DNA of 64,000 nucleotides, from contig JAZKEQ010000029.1 of assembly GCA_040386935.1 (NCBI GenBank), positions 21,431-85,430 of the forward strand, in the 5' to 3' direction. This stretch comes from Bacteroidota bacterium. Lineage in GTDB: Bacteria; Bacteroidota; Bacteroidia; NS11-12g; UBA955. The translations under genes and the position numbers were made by a program. Under the pieces are notes generated by a model. That model did no database searches and was not told the origin of the DNA. It saw nothing but the letters and a program-made list of their open reading frames with translations. Positions 40,349 through 50,310 of the stretch are shown here, in pieces. Positions within the stretch are counted from its first letter, which is position 1; each line of letters begins with the position of its first letter.

Positions 40349-40888
40349 ATGTCAGAAATTAAAATAGCCAACCGATATGCACAAGCGCTGATACAACAAG
40401 CCATTTCAGAGAATAAGCTTGAAGCAGTAGCTAGTGATATGCAGGCACTTTACAGCACCTGCAATGCAAGTAAGGATTTAAGAAACGTGTTGACCAATCC
40501 TATCATTGCCGGCAGTCAGAAATTGAGTGCTTTAAAAACTATTTTCAAAAATTTCGACAATTTATCTGTTCAACTCATCACTTTGGTGTGTTCTAAAAAC
40601 AGAGAAAATATATTACAAGAAATTGCCGATGCTTTCATGACTGCTTACCGTTCACACAAAGGTATTCAGAAAGTAAATGTAGAATCAGCAGTTGCTGTTG
40701 ATGAAGCTACATTGCAAAGCATCAGACAATTTGTAAAACAAAAAACAGGTGCAAATGATATTGAATTGCACACAAGTATTAATCCTTCAGTGATTGGCGG
40801 ATTGGTAATAAAGTATGGTGACAATCTGCTGGACTCAAGCATTGCCGCCAAAATCAGAAATCTCAAAAAAGAATTAAACATCGCATAA
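40349..40888 (+). CDS. atpH: F0F1 ATP synthase subunit delta (OSCP).
   Basis: It is 179 aa with an OSCP-like pattern (RYAQALIQ...). It sits immediately upstream of atpA. Confidence 0.8.
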   Translation: MSEIKIANRYAQALIQQAISENKLEAVASDMQALYSTCNASKDLRNVLTNPIIAGSQKLSALKTIFKNFDNLSVQLITLVCSKNRENILQEIADAFMTAYRSHKGIQKVNVESAVAVDEATLQSIRQFVKQKTGANDIELHTSINPSVIGGLVIKYGDNLLDSSIAAKIRNLKKELNIA

Positions 40889-40899
40889 TAAAATAAATC

Positions 40900-42480
40900 A
40901 TGGCAGAAATAAGACCTGATGAAGTTTCAGCAATTCTGAAACAACAGATAACAAACTTTAAAACAGAAGCCGAACTAGAACAAGTTGGTACTGTACTCCA
41001 AGTAGGTGATGGTATTGCCCGTATCCACGGTCTTACCCAGGTTCAGTCAGGTGAGCTGATTGAATTTGAAAATGGCATGAAAGCCATTGTATTGAACCTT
41101 GAGGAAGATAATATCGGTGCGGTATTATTTGGTAGCAGCACATTGATTAAAGAAGGTGATACCGTTCGCAGAACAGGTAAAATCGCTTCAATCAACGTTA
41201 CCGAAAGCATGCTGGGTCGTGTTATTAACACACTTGGTGAGCCTGTAGACGGTAAAGGTCCATTGACCGGAGATATTTACGAAATGCCTTTGGAGCGTAA
41301 AGCACCGGGTGTATTGTTTCGTGAGCCAGTTAAAGAACCATTACAAACAGGTATCAAAGCGATTGACGCGATGATTCCAATCGGAAGAGGTCAGCGTGAG
41401 TTGATCATCGGTGACAGACAAACAGGTAAAACTGCTGTTGCGATTGATACCATCATTAACCAAAAAGAATTTTTCGAAAAAGGTAAACCGGTATATTGCA
41501 TCTATGTTGCGGTAGGTCAAAAAGAATCTACAGTAAAACAAGTTGTAAAAACACTGGAAGAAAAAGGTGCAATGCCGTATACGGTTGTTGTATCTGCTCC
41601 ATCTTCTGCTCCTGCTCCATTGCAGTTCTTCGCGCCTATGGCCGGTGCTGCTATCGGTGAGTTTTTCAGAGACAGAGGTTTGCCGGCTTTGATCGTTTAT
41701 GACGATTTATCAAAACAAGCGGTGGCTTACCGTGAGGTGTCATTGTTGTTGAGACGTCCACCGGGACGTGAAGCATATCCGGGTGATGTGTTCTACTTGC
41801 ACAGTCGTTTGCTTGAAAGAGCTTGTAAATTGAACGCTTCTGATGCGATTACACAAAACATGAATGACTTGCCTCCTTCATTGAAAGGTAAAGTTAAAGG
41901 TGGTGGATCATTAACAGCATTGCCAATTATTGAAACTCAAGCAGGTGACGTATCTGCTTATATCCCAACCAACGTAATCTCAATTACAGATGGTCAGATT
42001 TTCCTTGAATCAAACTTATTCAACAGTGGTGTGCGTCCTGCGATTAACGTAGGTATCTCAGTATCACGTGTGGGTGGTTCGGCTCAAATCAAATCAATGA
42101 AAAAAGTAGCTGGTACTTTGAAACTGGATCAGGCGCAATACCGTGAATTGGAAGCGTTTGCTAAATTCGGTTCTGACCTTGATGCTGCTACTAAATCAGT
42201 ATTGGAAAAAGGTTCACGTAACGTGGAAATCCTGAAACAAGGTCAATACGCGCCATTGCGTGTTGAACAACAAACTGCAATTATTTACTTGGGTACCAAA
42301 GGTGCTTTGAACAGCATTCCGGTAAGCAAAGTAAGAGCGTTTGAAGCTGAGTTTTTGGATATATTAGAACGCAAACACAAAGACTTGTTAAACAATATCG
42401 CTGCAGGTAAAATTGATGATACTATCACCGGTACACTTGAGCAGGTTTGTGCAGAATTAACAGTTAACTACAAAGCATAA
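40900..42480 (+). CDS. atpA: F0F1 ATP synthase subunit alpha.
   Basis: The P-loop GDRQTGKT is present. The alpha-subunit signature is present ([12 protein letters not shown]...[26 protein letters not shown]). Confidence 0.95.
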   Translation: MAEIRPDEVSAILKQQITNFKTEAELEQVGTVLQVGDGIARIHGLTQVQSGELIEFENGMKAIVLNLEEDNIGAVLFGSSTLIKEGDTVRRTGKIASINVTESMLGRVINTLGEPVDGKGPLTGDIYEMPLERKAPGVLFREPVKEPLQTGIKAIDAMIPIGRGQRELIIGDRQTGKTAVAIDTIINQKEFFEKGKPVYCIYVAVGQKESTVKQVVKTLEEKGAMPYTVVVSAPSSAPAPLQFFAPMAGAAIGEFFRDRGLPALIVYDDLSKQAVAYREVSLLLRRPPGREAYPGDVFYLHSRLLERACKLNASDAITQNMNDLPPSLKGKVKGGGSLTALPIIETQAGDVSAYIPTNVISITDGQIFLESNLFNSGVRPAINVGISVSRVGGSAQIKSMKKVAGTLKLDQAQYRELEAFAKFGSDLDAATKSVLEKGSRNVEILKQGQYAPLRVEQQTAIIYLGTKGALNSIPVSKVRAFEAEFLDILERKHKDLLNNIAAGKIDDTITGTLEQVCAELTVNYKA

Positions 42481-42493
42481 TACGTAAGGTAAG

Positions 42494-43372
42494 ATGGCAA
42501 ATTTAAAAGAGGTAAGAAGCCGTATCAGTTCCACTATTTCAACGCAACAGATTACGAAGGCGATGAAATTGGTGTCTGCAACCAAATTGCGGAAGGCTCA
42601 AAGTGCCATTTTCCAAATGCGCCCTTATGCCGAAAAACTGAATGGTGTATTGCAAAACCTTGCCGATAGCGTGGATGATGAGAAACTGGCAAAGTATTTC
42701 AAAACACAACAGTTAAACAAAGTATTGATTGTTGTTGTTACCAGCGATAGAGGTTTATGTGGTGGTTTTAATGCCAATGTGGTGAAAAGAACCAAAATGC
42801 TTTTGGAAAATGATTACGCTGCACTAGTTCCTAAAAAACAAGTTGAGTTGTTATTCATCGGTAAAAAAGGATATGAGGCATTGAAAAAATATGACCTTCC
42901 TTTCAATACATCTTATATGCAAACTTTTGCAGACCTGAATGCTGAAGCCGGTTTTGAGATTGGCGACTACATTCTGTCTCAGTTTGTTTCAGGTGTTTAC
43001 AATCAGGTTGAAGTCGTTTACAATAAGTTTAAAAATGCAGCAACTCAAATTGTTACCAACGATACCATGTTGCCGGTAACTTTAGATGTGGCTAAAAAAG
43101 CAAAACAAGCTAACGATTATATTTTCGAACCGAATAAAGTAGAAATACTGGAAGAAATTATCCCACGTTCAGTAAAAACCCAATTGTACAGAAGCTTATT
43201 GGATTCATTCGCCAGTGAACACGGTGCGCGTATGATATCAATGGATAAAGCAACTGACAATGCAGGTGAGATATTGAAACAATTGAAATTGCAGTACAAC
43301 AGAGCCCGTCAGGCAGCTATTACCAACGAAATCTCTGAGATCGTGGGTGGTGCAGCAGCATTGAACGGTTAA
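42494..43372 (+). CDS. atpG: F0F1 ATP synthase subunit gamma.
   Basis: It is 292 aa. The N-terminal helix (MANLKEVRSRISS...TKAMKLVSATKLRKAQ) and the C-terminal helix (ITNEISEIVGGAAAL) are characteristic of gamma. Confidence 0.9.
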   Translation: MANLKEVRSRISSTISTQQITKAMKLVSATKLRKAQSAIFQMRPYAEKLNGVLQNLADSVDDEKLAKYFKTQQLNKVLIVVVTSDRGLCGGFNANVVKRTKMLLENDYAALVPKKQVELLFIGKKGYEALKKYDLPFNTSYMQTFADLNAEAGFEIGDYILSQFVSGVYNQVEVVYNKFKNAATQIVTNDTMLPVTLDVAKKAKQANDYIFEPNKVEILEEIIPRSVKTQLYRSLLDSFASEHGARMISMDKATDNAGEILKQLKLQYNRARQAAITNEISEIVGGAAALNG

Positions 43373-43392
43373 TCAAAAAATATTCTATTAAG

Positions 43393-43423
43393 AGCCATCC
43401 GCTACAACGGGTGGCTTTTTTAT
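43393..43423 (+). terminator. Rho-independent terminator of the atp operon.
   Basis: A hairpin (agccatccgctacaacgggtggct) is followed by ttttttatt 20 nt after the atpG stop. Confidence 0.7.
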
Positions 43424-43461
43424 TTCCAGGAGATTTTTAACCACTAAGACTAGGAGGTTTT

Positions 43462-43672
43462 TTAACACAGAGGGCACAGAGGGGAGGCACACAGAGGACA
43501 CAAAGAATACAAGGAACATTTACCCGATAAACTCTTTGCGTACTATTTGGATTTACCCCAGCGCTAACATAGTAATAACTCTTCTATTCTCTCAAACACC
43601 TCTGCGTTCTCTGTGTGGTTTTATCTCTGCGTTCTCTGTGGTTAATCCCCTTCTCAGTCTCTGCGATAAATA
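43462..43672. repeat. Non-coding region containing clustered CACAGAGG octamers and, ~120 bp downstream, their reverse complements. The reverse-complement part includes a 16 bp direct repeat (ctctgcgttctctgtg, two copies).
   Basis: I read this directly in the sequence between the atp terminator and the GH92 gene. Confidence 0.4.
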
Positions 43673-43721
43673 ACACAACTCATTGGAAAATCGAAATATT
43701 ATTTTACTTTCACATCAGGAA

Positions 43722-46556
43722 ATGAAAGGTATCAGTATTGCCATATTGTTATTGCTGTTTACAGGGGTAAATGCCCAGAACAACTATACCCAATTCGTTA
43801 ATCCCATGATTGGCACAGGAGGGCATGGTCATACTTTCCCGGGTGCTACCCGCCCATTTGCCATGGTGCAATTGAGTCCCGATACAAGAATAGATGGCAG
43901 TTGGGATGGTTGCAGCGGCTACCATTACAGCGATTCTGTAATCTATGGATTTTCACATACTCACCTAAGCGGTACCGGTTGCAGCGATTATGGCGATATC
44001 ATGATTATGCCTAAAATGGGAGAAGGCACGTGGATGAAAGAAAGCTACGCATCAACCTTTAAACATACAACAGAAAAAGCAAGTGCAGGCTTTTACGCAG
44101 TGCGGTTAGAAAAATCATTAATAGAAGTGCGATTGACCACAACAACACGTGTCGGATTACATGAATATACATTTAGTAAAGCAGGCAAGGCCAGTATTTT
44201 ATTAGACTTGCAGCACAGAGATGAATTATTGGCCGGAAGGATACACGTCATTGACAGTCAAACAATAGAAGGTTTTAGAAGGAGTAAAGCATGGGCAGCC
44301 GACCAGTTGGTGTATTACAGAATTCAATTTTCAAAACCATTTATTACACAACATGTCATGAGTGGAGATAACTGGGACTATTGGGCTAATTTTAATTTTG
44401 ATGTCAAGAAAGGGGAGTCCGTTTACGTGAAAGTATCTATTTCAAGTGTTGATGAAGCGGGGGCCAAAGCCAATATGGACAAGGAACTGCCACATTGGAA
44501 TTTTGAAACAATAAAAGCGGAATCTAATGCTGCCTGGAATTTTGAACTCAATAGAATAAAAGCGTATGGTGGAACTCAGACAGAAAAAACTAATTTCTAT
44601 ACAGCCCTTTACCATTGCATGATACATCCCAATGTGATGAATGATGTGGATGGGCGCTATAGGGGAAGAGATAAGCAAATACACAAAGCTGAAGGATTTG
44701 ATTATTATACGGTCTTTTCTTTATGGGATACACATAGGGCATTGCATCCATTGTTGAATATCATTGATAAAAAACGCTCACATGATTTTATCATGACTTT
44801 TAAAGCGCAGTTTGAGCAAAGCGGTCGCCTACCCATGTGGGAATTGTGGGGCAATGAAACAGACTGTATGATAGGGTTTCACAGTGTGAGTGTTATTCTT
44901 GATGCATATAACAAAGGGGTAATAACTCGCGATGAGTTGGAGGCCATCTATCCTGCGGTAATTGCTGAGGCGATGAGCAACAGATTTGGTCTGGATAAAT
45001 TCAGGGCCAAAGGGTTTTTATCAGTAGAGGATGAAAGTGAGAGTGTAAGTAAAACGCTCGAATACAGCTATGATTATTACTGTGTATCAGAGATGGCAGA
45101 AATTATGGGTATTCCCGATGAGGCTGCATATTTCAGAAAATTAAGTACAGGTTGGCAGAATGTCTATGATTTTAAAACAGGGTTTGTTCGTCCGCGAAAA
45201 AATGGCGGCTGGCTCGAACCGTTTGACCCTAAGCAAGTCAATAATCATTTTACAGAAGCCAATGCCTGGCAATACTCATTTGCATTTTCTCACAGCTATG
45301 AGTCTATGAGAAATGATATAAAAATATCTCAATTGTTCAATGCAGATACTAAAACTACCGGCAGGGAGCAATCGGATATTACAGGGTTAATTGGACAATA
45401 TGCACAGGGCAATGAACCCAGTCATCACATTCCCTATTTGTTCAGTAATATTGATTCGACAGCCAAGTATATCAAAAAAATATGCAAGGAGTTATACAAA
45501 CCGACTGCTGATGGATTGTGTGGGAACGAGGACTGCGGTCAAATGAGCGCCTGGTATGTGTTCAGTGCCATTGGCTTTTATCCGGTAAATCCTTCTTCCA
45601 ATGATTTTGAATTTGGAAAAATGTTATTTGATAGTGTAAATTTTGTGAATGGTAACAGGAGAGTTGTTGTGTATAATGTTAAACAACAACCGGGGAAAGA
45701 CTATTATAGATCAGATTGGTTTTCACTAAACATGAAAGAATCGAAGATTTATTATGGTTTTTGTAAACTAGAGAATTTGAGAGACAGGGTTTTAGTACAG
45801 CATTTCTCAGCACCAGTAATAGAATCTAACGGGAAGATTTTTATGAATACAATGATGAACATTAAGATAAATTCAAATATAGATTCAAGATATTATAACA
45901 GGTCACTTGATGGGATTTATTATACAACTGATGGGCAGGAACCGGGACTGAATTCAAAAAAGTTTGAAAAGGATTCTGAGATAATAATTGATAAAAATAC
46001 AACTATAAAAGCTGTCAATATTGCAAATGGAGGCAAAAGCAAAAGTGCTACTAGTGTCGCCCATTTTTACAAACGCCCCAACAACTATACCATCAAAATC
46101 AACAGCACCTACAACAAGCAATACACAGCCGATGGAGATGATGGTTTGATAGATGGATTGTTAGGTGACCTCGACTGGCGTAAGGGTCGTTGGCAAGGTT
46201 ACCAAAGTCAGAACTTTGAAGCAATTGTAGATTTACAGGAATTGAAACAGATCAGTTCTATCAGTTCAGGATTTTTACAGGATACCCGTTCATGGATACT
46301 GATGCCTAAAAGTGTGACCTATTATGGGTCGGCCGATGGTGTTAATTTTGAGAAAATTACAACCATTGAAAATACGGTAGCTGATAGCAACTACACAGCT
46401 CAACGCAAGGAGTTTAGTTGTGCTGAAGTGCCTAAAAAGTACCGCTATATTAAAGTAACGGCTGTAAATTATGGATTGTTGCCACCATGGCATCAGGGAG
46501 CAGGTGGCGATGCCTTTATTTTTATTGATGAAATAAGCATCCTTACTAAGCCCTAA
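43722..46556 (+). CDS. GH92-family alpha-1,2-mannosidase with a C-terminal discoidin-like/carbohydrate-binding extension. The start was moved to MKGISIAILL.
   Basis: Signal peptide. It has long GH92 N-terminal and catalytic regions (GHGHTFPGATRPFAMVQLSPDT; GTGCSDYGD...). It has a ~200 aa C-terminal beta-sandwich-like tail. Confidence 0.8.
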   Translation: MKGISIAILLLLFTGVNAQNNYTQFVNPMIGTGGHGHTFPGATRPFAMVQLSPDTRIDGSWDGCSGYHYSDSVIYGFSHTHLSGTGCSDYGDIMIMPKMGEGTWMKESYASTFKHTTEKASAGFYAVRLEKSLIEVRLTTTTRVGLHEYTFSKAGKASILLDLQHRDELLAGRIHVIDSQTIEGFRRSKAWAADQLVYYRIQFSKPFITQHVMSGDNWDYWANFNFDVKKGESVYVKVSISSVDEAGAKANMDKELPHWNFETIKAESNAAWNFELNRIKAYGGTQTEKTNFYTALYHCMIHPNVMNDVDGRYRGRDKQIHKAEGFDYYTVFSLWDTHRALHPLLNIIDKKRSHDFIMTFKAQFEQSGRLPMWELWGNETDCMIGFHSVSVILDAYNKGVITRDELEAIYPAVIAEAMSNRFGLDKFRAKGFLSVEDESESVSKTLEYSYDYYCVSEMAEIMGIPDEAAYFRKLSTGWQNVYDFKTGFVRPRKNGGWLEPFDPKQVNNHFTEANAWQYSFAFSHSYESMRNDIKISQLFNADTKTTGREQSDITGLIGQYAQGNEPSHHIPYLFSNIDSTAKYIKKICKELYKPTADGLCGNEDCGQMSAWYVFSAIGFYPVNPSSNDFEFGKMLFDSVNFVNGNRRVVVYNVKQQPGKDYYRSDWFSLNMKESKIYYGFCKLENLRDRVLVQHFSAPVIESNGKIFMNTMMNIKINSNIDSRYYNRSLDGIYYTTDGQEPGLNSKKFEKDSEIIIDKNTTIKAVNIANGGKSKSATSVAHFYKRPNNYTIKINSTYNKQYTADGDDGLIDGLLGDLDWRKGRWQGYQSQNFEAIVDLQELKQISSISSGFLQDTRSWILMPKSVTYYGSADGVNFEKITTIENTVADSNYTAQRKEFSCAEVPKKYRYIKVTAVNYGLLPPWHQGAGGDAFIFIDEISILTKP

Positions 46557-46583
46557 TTCCTATTTCCTCATCCCTTATCTCAA

Positions 46584-46973
46584 CTACATACCGTAGCGTT
46601 TCATCCCCAAATTATCAGGGAAGAAAGCATCTTCAAAATGCTCCACTTTTTTTTCAAATTGATTGATGATGACTGAAATAATATCATAACGAATATCAAT
46701 ATCGGTATGATTATTCTCATCGCAATAGGCTTCGGCTGCTTTGGCAAACAGTTGTTGTTTCTTGTTGCTGACAAATGTTTCAGGGAGTCCGAAGGCCTCT
46801 GTCTGTCTGGTTTTTACTTCAACAAATACATAAGTGTCACCAATTTTCGCAATAATATCGACTTCAGCTTTTTGAAATCTGTAATTGAGTGATAGGATAG
46901 AGTAACCCGAAGCAATTAAATGTTCTTTGGCCAGTTGTTCACCTTGTTTGCCAAGTTCGTTGTGTGCCGACAT
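46584..46973 (-). CDS. yraN: YraN-family (UPF0102) predicted endonuclease. The start was moved to MSAHNELG.
   Basis: It is ~129 aa with a YraN pattern (GEQLAKEHLIASGYSILSLNYR...EVDIIAK.GDTYVFVEVKTR). Confidence 0.75.
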   Translation of the reverse strand: MSAHNELGKQGEQLAKEHLIASGYSILSLNYRFQKAEVDIIAKIGDTYVFVEVKTRQTEAFGLPETFVSNKKQQLFAKAAEAYCDENNHTDIDIRYDIISVIINQFEKKVEHFEDAFFPDNLGMKRYGM

Positions 46974-47060
46974 AGTTTTAATACAAATAAAGAATAATAC
47001 GTCAAATAATGCAATTGTATTTGTGTACAGCATTTAAGCAATCAGTAGTATCTTTGCCAT

Positions 47061-47741
47061 ATGCAAGATTGCCGTTTAAAGGATTTGGGTTTGATAGATT
47101 ATGAGGAGGCCTGGCAATTGCAAAAACAATTGTTTAACAAGGCAATTGAGCAAAAACTGACCGGTAATTCAAAGGAACTTATTCATCATTTATTGGTATG
47201 TGAGCACCCGCCTGTTTACACCTTCGGAAAAAGTGCTGACAAGGCTAATTTATTGCTCACTGCAGAAGAAATGCAGGAAAAGCAAATCCAACAATATGAT
47301 GTTGAAAGGGGAGGAGATATCACTTATCACGGTCCCGGTCAATTAGTGGTATACCCCATATTCGACATTGAAACATTAAAGATAGGGGTGAAAGATTTTG
47401 TGTTTAAAGTTGAGGAATGCATTATCCGTACACTACAGCAATTTGGAATAGAGAGTGAGCGGATTAATGGCAGAATTGGTATATGGTTGGGGAAGGATTC
47501 TGAAGATGAGCGGAAAATAGCGGCCATAGGAATTAAATGCAGCCGGTTTATCACCATGCATGGCCTGGCTTTGAATGTGAATACGGATTTAAAATATTTC
47601 GATTACATCATTCCATGTGGGATCAAGGATAAGGCTGTTACCAGTATCGCCAATGAGATTCATCGTCAAATTGATTTCACTGATGTAAAAAAAGTTTTGA
47701 TTAATGAATTTTCCGCTACTTTTGAATTAAAATTTATTTAA
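47061..47741 (+). CDS. lipB: Lipoyl(octanoyl) transferase.
   Basis: LipB motifs are present (LLVCEHPPVYTFGKS, RGGDITYHGPGQLVVYPI, the AAIGIK lysine region). Confidence 0.85.
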   Translation: MQDCRLKDLGLIDYEEAWQLQKQLFNKAIEQKLTGNSKELIHHLLVCEHPPVYTFGKSADKANLLLTAEEMQEKQIQQYDVERGGDITYHGPGQLVVYPIFDIETLKIGVKDFVFKVEECIIRTLQQFGIESERINGRIGIWLGKDSEDERKIAAIGIKCSRFITMHGLALNVNTDLKYFDYIIPCGIKDKAVTSIANEIHRQIDFTDVKKVLINEFSATFELKFI

Positions 47742-47742
47742 A

Positions 47743-48342
47743 ATGAAAAAAGGATATTTAATTGCATTAGGCATTATTGCATTATTAGGATTTTACAGTT
47801 GCTCACAGTATAACGGTTTGATAAAAACAGACGAGGATGTAAACAAAACCTGGGGCGATGTTCAGGCCAGCTACCAGCGTAGAGCTGATCTTATTCCCTC
47901 ACTTGTGGCCACTGTTAAAAAAGCTGCCGAAAATGAGAAAGATATACTTACCACTGTTACCAATGCAAGAGCAGGGATAGCCAATCTTGAAAAAGAAGCA
48001 GGAGAGATTAAAGGTGCTGTTGATAATGCTAAAACACCTGCCGATCTAGATGCTATTGGCAATAGAATTAATACGGCTATTAAAATAACTATGGAGGCAT
48101 ATCCTACCATTATGAGTACTGCCGGTTTTGTGGGTTTGCAAGATCAACTAGAAGGCACAGAGAATAGGATTAATACAGCTCGTGCAGATTACAATGGGGC
48201 TGTTAGAAATTACAATGTTAAAACAAGAAGTTTCCCGGGAAATATTTTCGCGGGTATGTTTGGGTTCAAAGTAAAAGAAGAGTTTAAGGCAGCAGAAGGA
48301 AGCGACAAAGCACCTGATGTAGAAAAATTATTTGATAAATAA
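47743..48342 (+). CDS. LemA-family protein.
   Basis: It is 199 aa. It has an N-terminal anchor and the LemA pattern (QASYQRRADLIPSLVATVK...ARADYNGAVRNYNVKTRSFPGNIFAGMFGF). Confidence 0.8.
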   Translation: MKKGYLIALGIIALLGFYSCSQYNGLIKTDEDVNKTWGDVQASYQRRADLIPSLVATVKKAAENEKDILTTVTNARAGIANLEKEAGEIKGAVDNAKTPADLDAIGNRINTAIKITMEAYPTIMSTAGFVGLQDQLEGTENRINTARADYNGAVRNYNVKTRSFPGNIFAGMFGFKVKEEFKAAEGSDKAPDVEKLFDK

Positions 48343-48347
48343 TTACA

Positions 48348-48800
48348 GTGTCTTTACTGTCTATTTTTCAAAAGAAATTCTTTTCAAAAGAAGATGAATC
48401 TCTTATCGTAAAAGCGATTCAAGAGGCAGAACTCGGTACTTCCGGAGAGATACGTGTGCACCTGTCAAAAAAAATTCATCAGGATGTTTTGCAGGACGCG
48501 GCTGCATGTTTTTCCAAATTAAAAATGGATCAAACGGCAAGACGCAATGGCGTACTAATCTACATTGTACCTTCAGCACATCAATTTTCAATAATAGGTG
48601 ATGTAGGATTTCATGCAATAGCAGGGGATGAATTTTGGCAAAGCGAAAAACAGATTATAGAAAATTCATTTAAAGCAGGACAATACGCCAAGGGTGTGGC
48701 AGATGGAATAGAAGCCGTTGGAAAAATTTTGAAAGTGCATTTTCCAAGAGAAGATAATGATGTGAATGAATTAAATGATGAAATTTCGTATGGTAAATAA
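48348..48800 (+). CDS. TPM-domain protein (soluble).
   Basis: It is 150 aa with a TPM/repair_PSII-like pattern (GEIRVHLSKK...GVLIYIVPSAHQFSIIGD). It follows lemA after a 5 bp gap. Confidence 0.65.
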   Translation: MSLLSIFQKKFFSKEDESLIVKAIQEAELGTSGEIRVHLSKKIHQDVLQDAAACFSKLKMDQTARRNGVLIYIVPSAHQFSIIGDVGFHAIAGDEFWQSEKQIIENSFKAGQYAKGVADGIEAVGKILKVHFPREDNDVNELNDEISYGK

Positions 48801-49539
48801 GATAGGCTTGTTCTTGTTATGTTGCTTTTTAACAAGCTTTCAAGGATATGGTCAGGAGCGCAAGGCCGTACCGCCATTTGTAAATTTTGTCAATGATTTT
48901 GCAGATGTTTTAACGCCTCAGGAAGAAGCAGCACTCAATAGTAAAATAAAGGCAATTAAGGACAGTAGTCATGCTGAAATAGCAATTGTTACAGAGGCTT
49001 CGCTTGACGGTAGAGATGTGTTTGATCGCAGTATGGATTTTATCCGTGAATACAAAGTAGGCGATGGGCAATTGAATAGTGGGGTACTGATTTATTTAGC
49101 GGTCAACGACAGGAAAATATTCATTCAAACTGCTGATAAAACACAGGGCGCACTAACAGATTATACCACTAAATTAATCATTGACAGAAGCATTACCCCT
49201 GAATTTAAAGCAGGCAATTATTACCAGGGACTGGATAATGGGGTAACATCCATTTTTCAGGTACTCAATGGTGAATTTAAAGCACCTGCTAAAAAGAATA
49301 AAACAGGACAAAGTATATTCATTTTATTAATCATAATTGTCGTAGTCATTACCATTTTATCGCGATTTGGAGGTGGGGGTAATGGCGGCTATAACAGTCG
49401 TGGTGGTTACATCTTGCCAAATATCTGGCTGGGTGGTGGCGGGTTTGGAGGAGGTGGAGGCGGCTCTTCAGGCGGTGGATTTGGCGGGTTTGGAGGCGGT
49501 GGAGGATTCAATGGAGGGGGAGCAGGCGGCAGTTGGTAA
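48775..49539 (+). CDS. TPM-domain protein with a signal peptide, a C-terminal TM helix and a Gly-rich low-complexity tail.
   Basis: The TPM pattern is present (FVNDFADVLTPQEEAALNSKIKAIKDSSHAEIAIVT...GVLIYLAVNDRKIFIQT). The TM helix is IFILLIIIVVVITIL. The tail is a 60 aa GGGFGGGGGG region. Confidence 0.7.
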   Translation: MMKFRMVNKIGLFLLCCFLTSFQGYGQERKAVPPFVNFVNDFADVLTPQEEAALNSKIKAIKDSSHAEIAIVTEASLDGRDVFDRSMDFIREYKVGDGQLNSGVLIYLAVNDRKIFIQTADKTQGALTDYTTKLIIDRSITPEFKAGNYYQGLDNGVTSIFQVLNGEFKAPAKKNKTGQSIFILLIIIVVVITILSRFGGGGNGGYNSRGGYILPNIWLGGGGFGGGGGGSSGGGFGGFGGGGGFNGGGAGGSW

Positions 49540-49571
49540 TAATTTGATTTTAAAAATTAAAACTAAATACG

Positions 49572-50288
49572 ATGCTAGAAAATATACAACTACAGGATTT
49601 ACTGGTGCTGGATATTGAAACAGTGGCCCAGAAAAAAAGTTTCGAAGAACTGGATGAGGAATGGCAGGAATTATGGTCGCGTAAAGCAGGTGCATTGAAT
49701 AATCCCGAAGTAAGTCCCTCTAAGGTTTATGAAAGGGCCGCCATTTATGCCGAATTCGGGAAAATCGTTTGTATTGGTGTTGGTTTCTTTCATCAAATAG
49801 ATGGTGAATATCACCTCAAAGTAAAGTCATTTCACGGACACGATGAGAAACAAATACTGATCGATTTCAGTGATTTGCTCAATACTAAATTTAATGGCGC
49901 TCGTCATTTACTCGTAGCCCATAACGGAAAGGAATTTGATTTTCCATACCTCTGCAGACGCATGCTCATCAACGGTCTTCCTATTCCAAGAATTCTTGAC
50001 AATTCAGGAAAAAAACCCTGGGAAGTACCGCATATTGACACCATGGATTTATGGAAATTCGGGGATTACAAAAACTACACATCTTTAAATGTATTGGCCA
50101 AATGTTTTGGTATACCCTCTCCTAAAGATGATATTGACGGCAGTATGGTGGGACATACATATTGGCAACAAGGTGATATTGAACGCATAGCAGTTTATTG
50201 CAAAAAGGATATTGTAACAACAGCTCGCCTTTTACTGAAATTCAAGAATTTACCCTTACTGGAAGATACGCATATAATTGTAAAATAA
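49572..50288 (+). CDS. Predicted 3'-5' exonuclease (RNase H-like fold, PolB exonuclease-domain-like).
   Basis: An Exo I-like DxE motif sits near the N-terminus (LVLDIETVA). Additional acidic motifs are downstream (HNGKEFDFPYL; YCKKDIVTTARL with a YxxxD-like pattern). Confidence 0.6.
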   Translation: MLENIQLQDLLVLDIETVAQKKSFEELDEEWQELWSRKAGALNNPEVSPSKVYERAAIYAEFGKIVCIGVGFFHQIDGEYHLKVKSFHGHDEKQILIDFSDLLNTKFNGARHLLVAHNGKEFDFPYLCRRMLINGLPIPRILDNSGKKPWEVPHIDTMDLWKFGDYKNYTSLNVLAKCFGIPSPKDDIDGSMVGHTYWQQGDIERIAVYCKKDIVTTARLLLKFKNLPLLEDTHIIVK

Positions 50289-50310
50289 TGACCGTAATAA
50301 GCAACTTTTT

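Noticed and set aside
46584-47033. Longer YraN ORF (MLYTNTIALFDVLFFICIKT...).
   Set aside because: The conserved YraN N-terminus begins at the internal Met (MSAHNELGKQGE). The extension is hydrophobic read-through into the intergenic region.
49320-49540. GGTGG/GGAGG-rich DNA repeats at the 3' end of the second TPM gene. I considered whether they are a non-coding simple-sequence repeat.
   Set aside because: They lie in frame inside the ORF and encode the poly-Gly tail. They are reported as part of the CDS rather than as an independent repeat feature.
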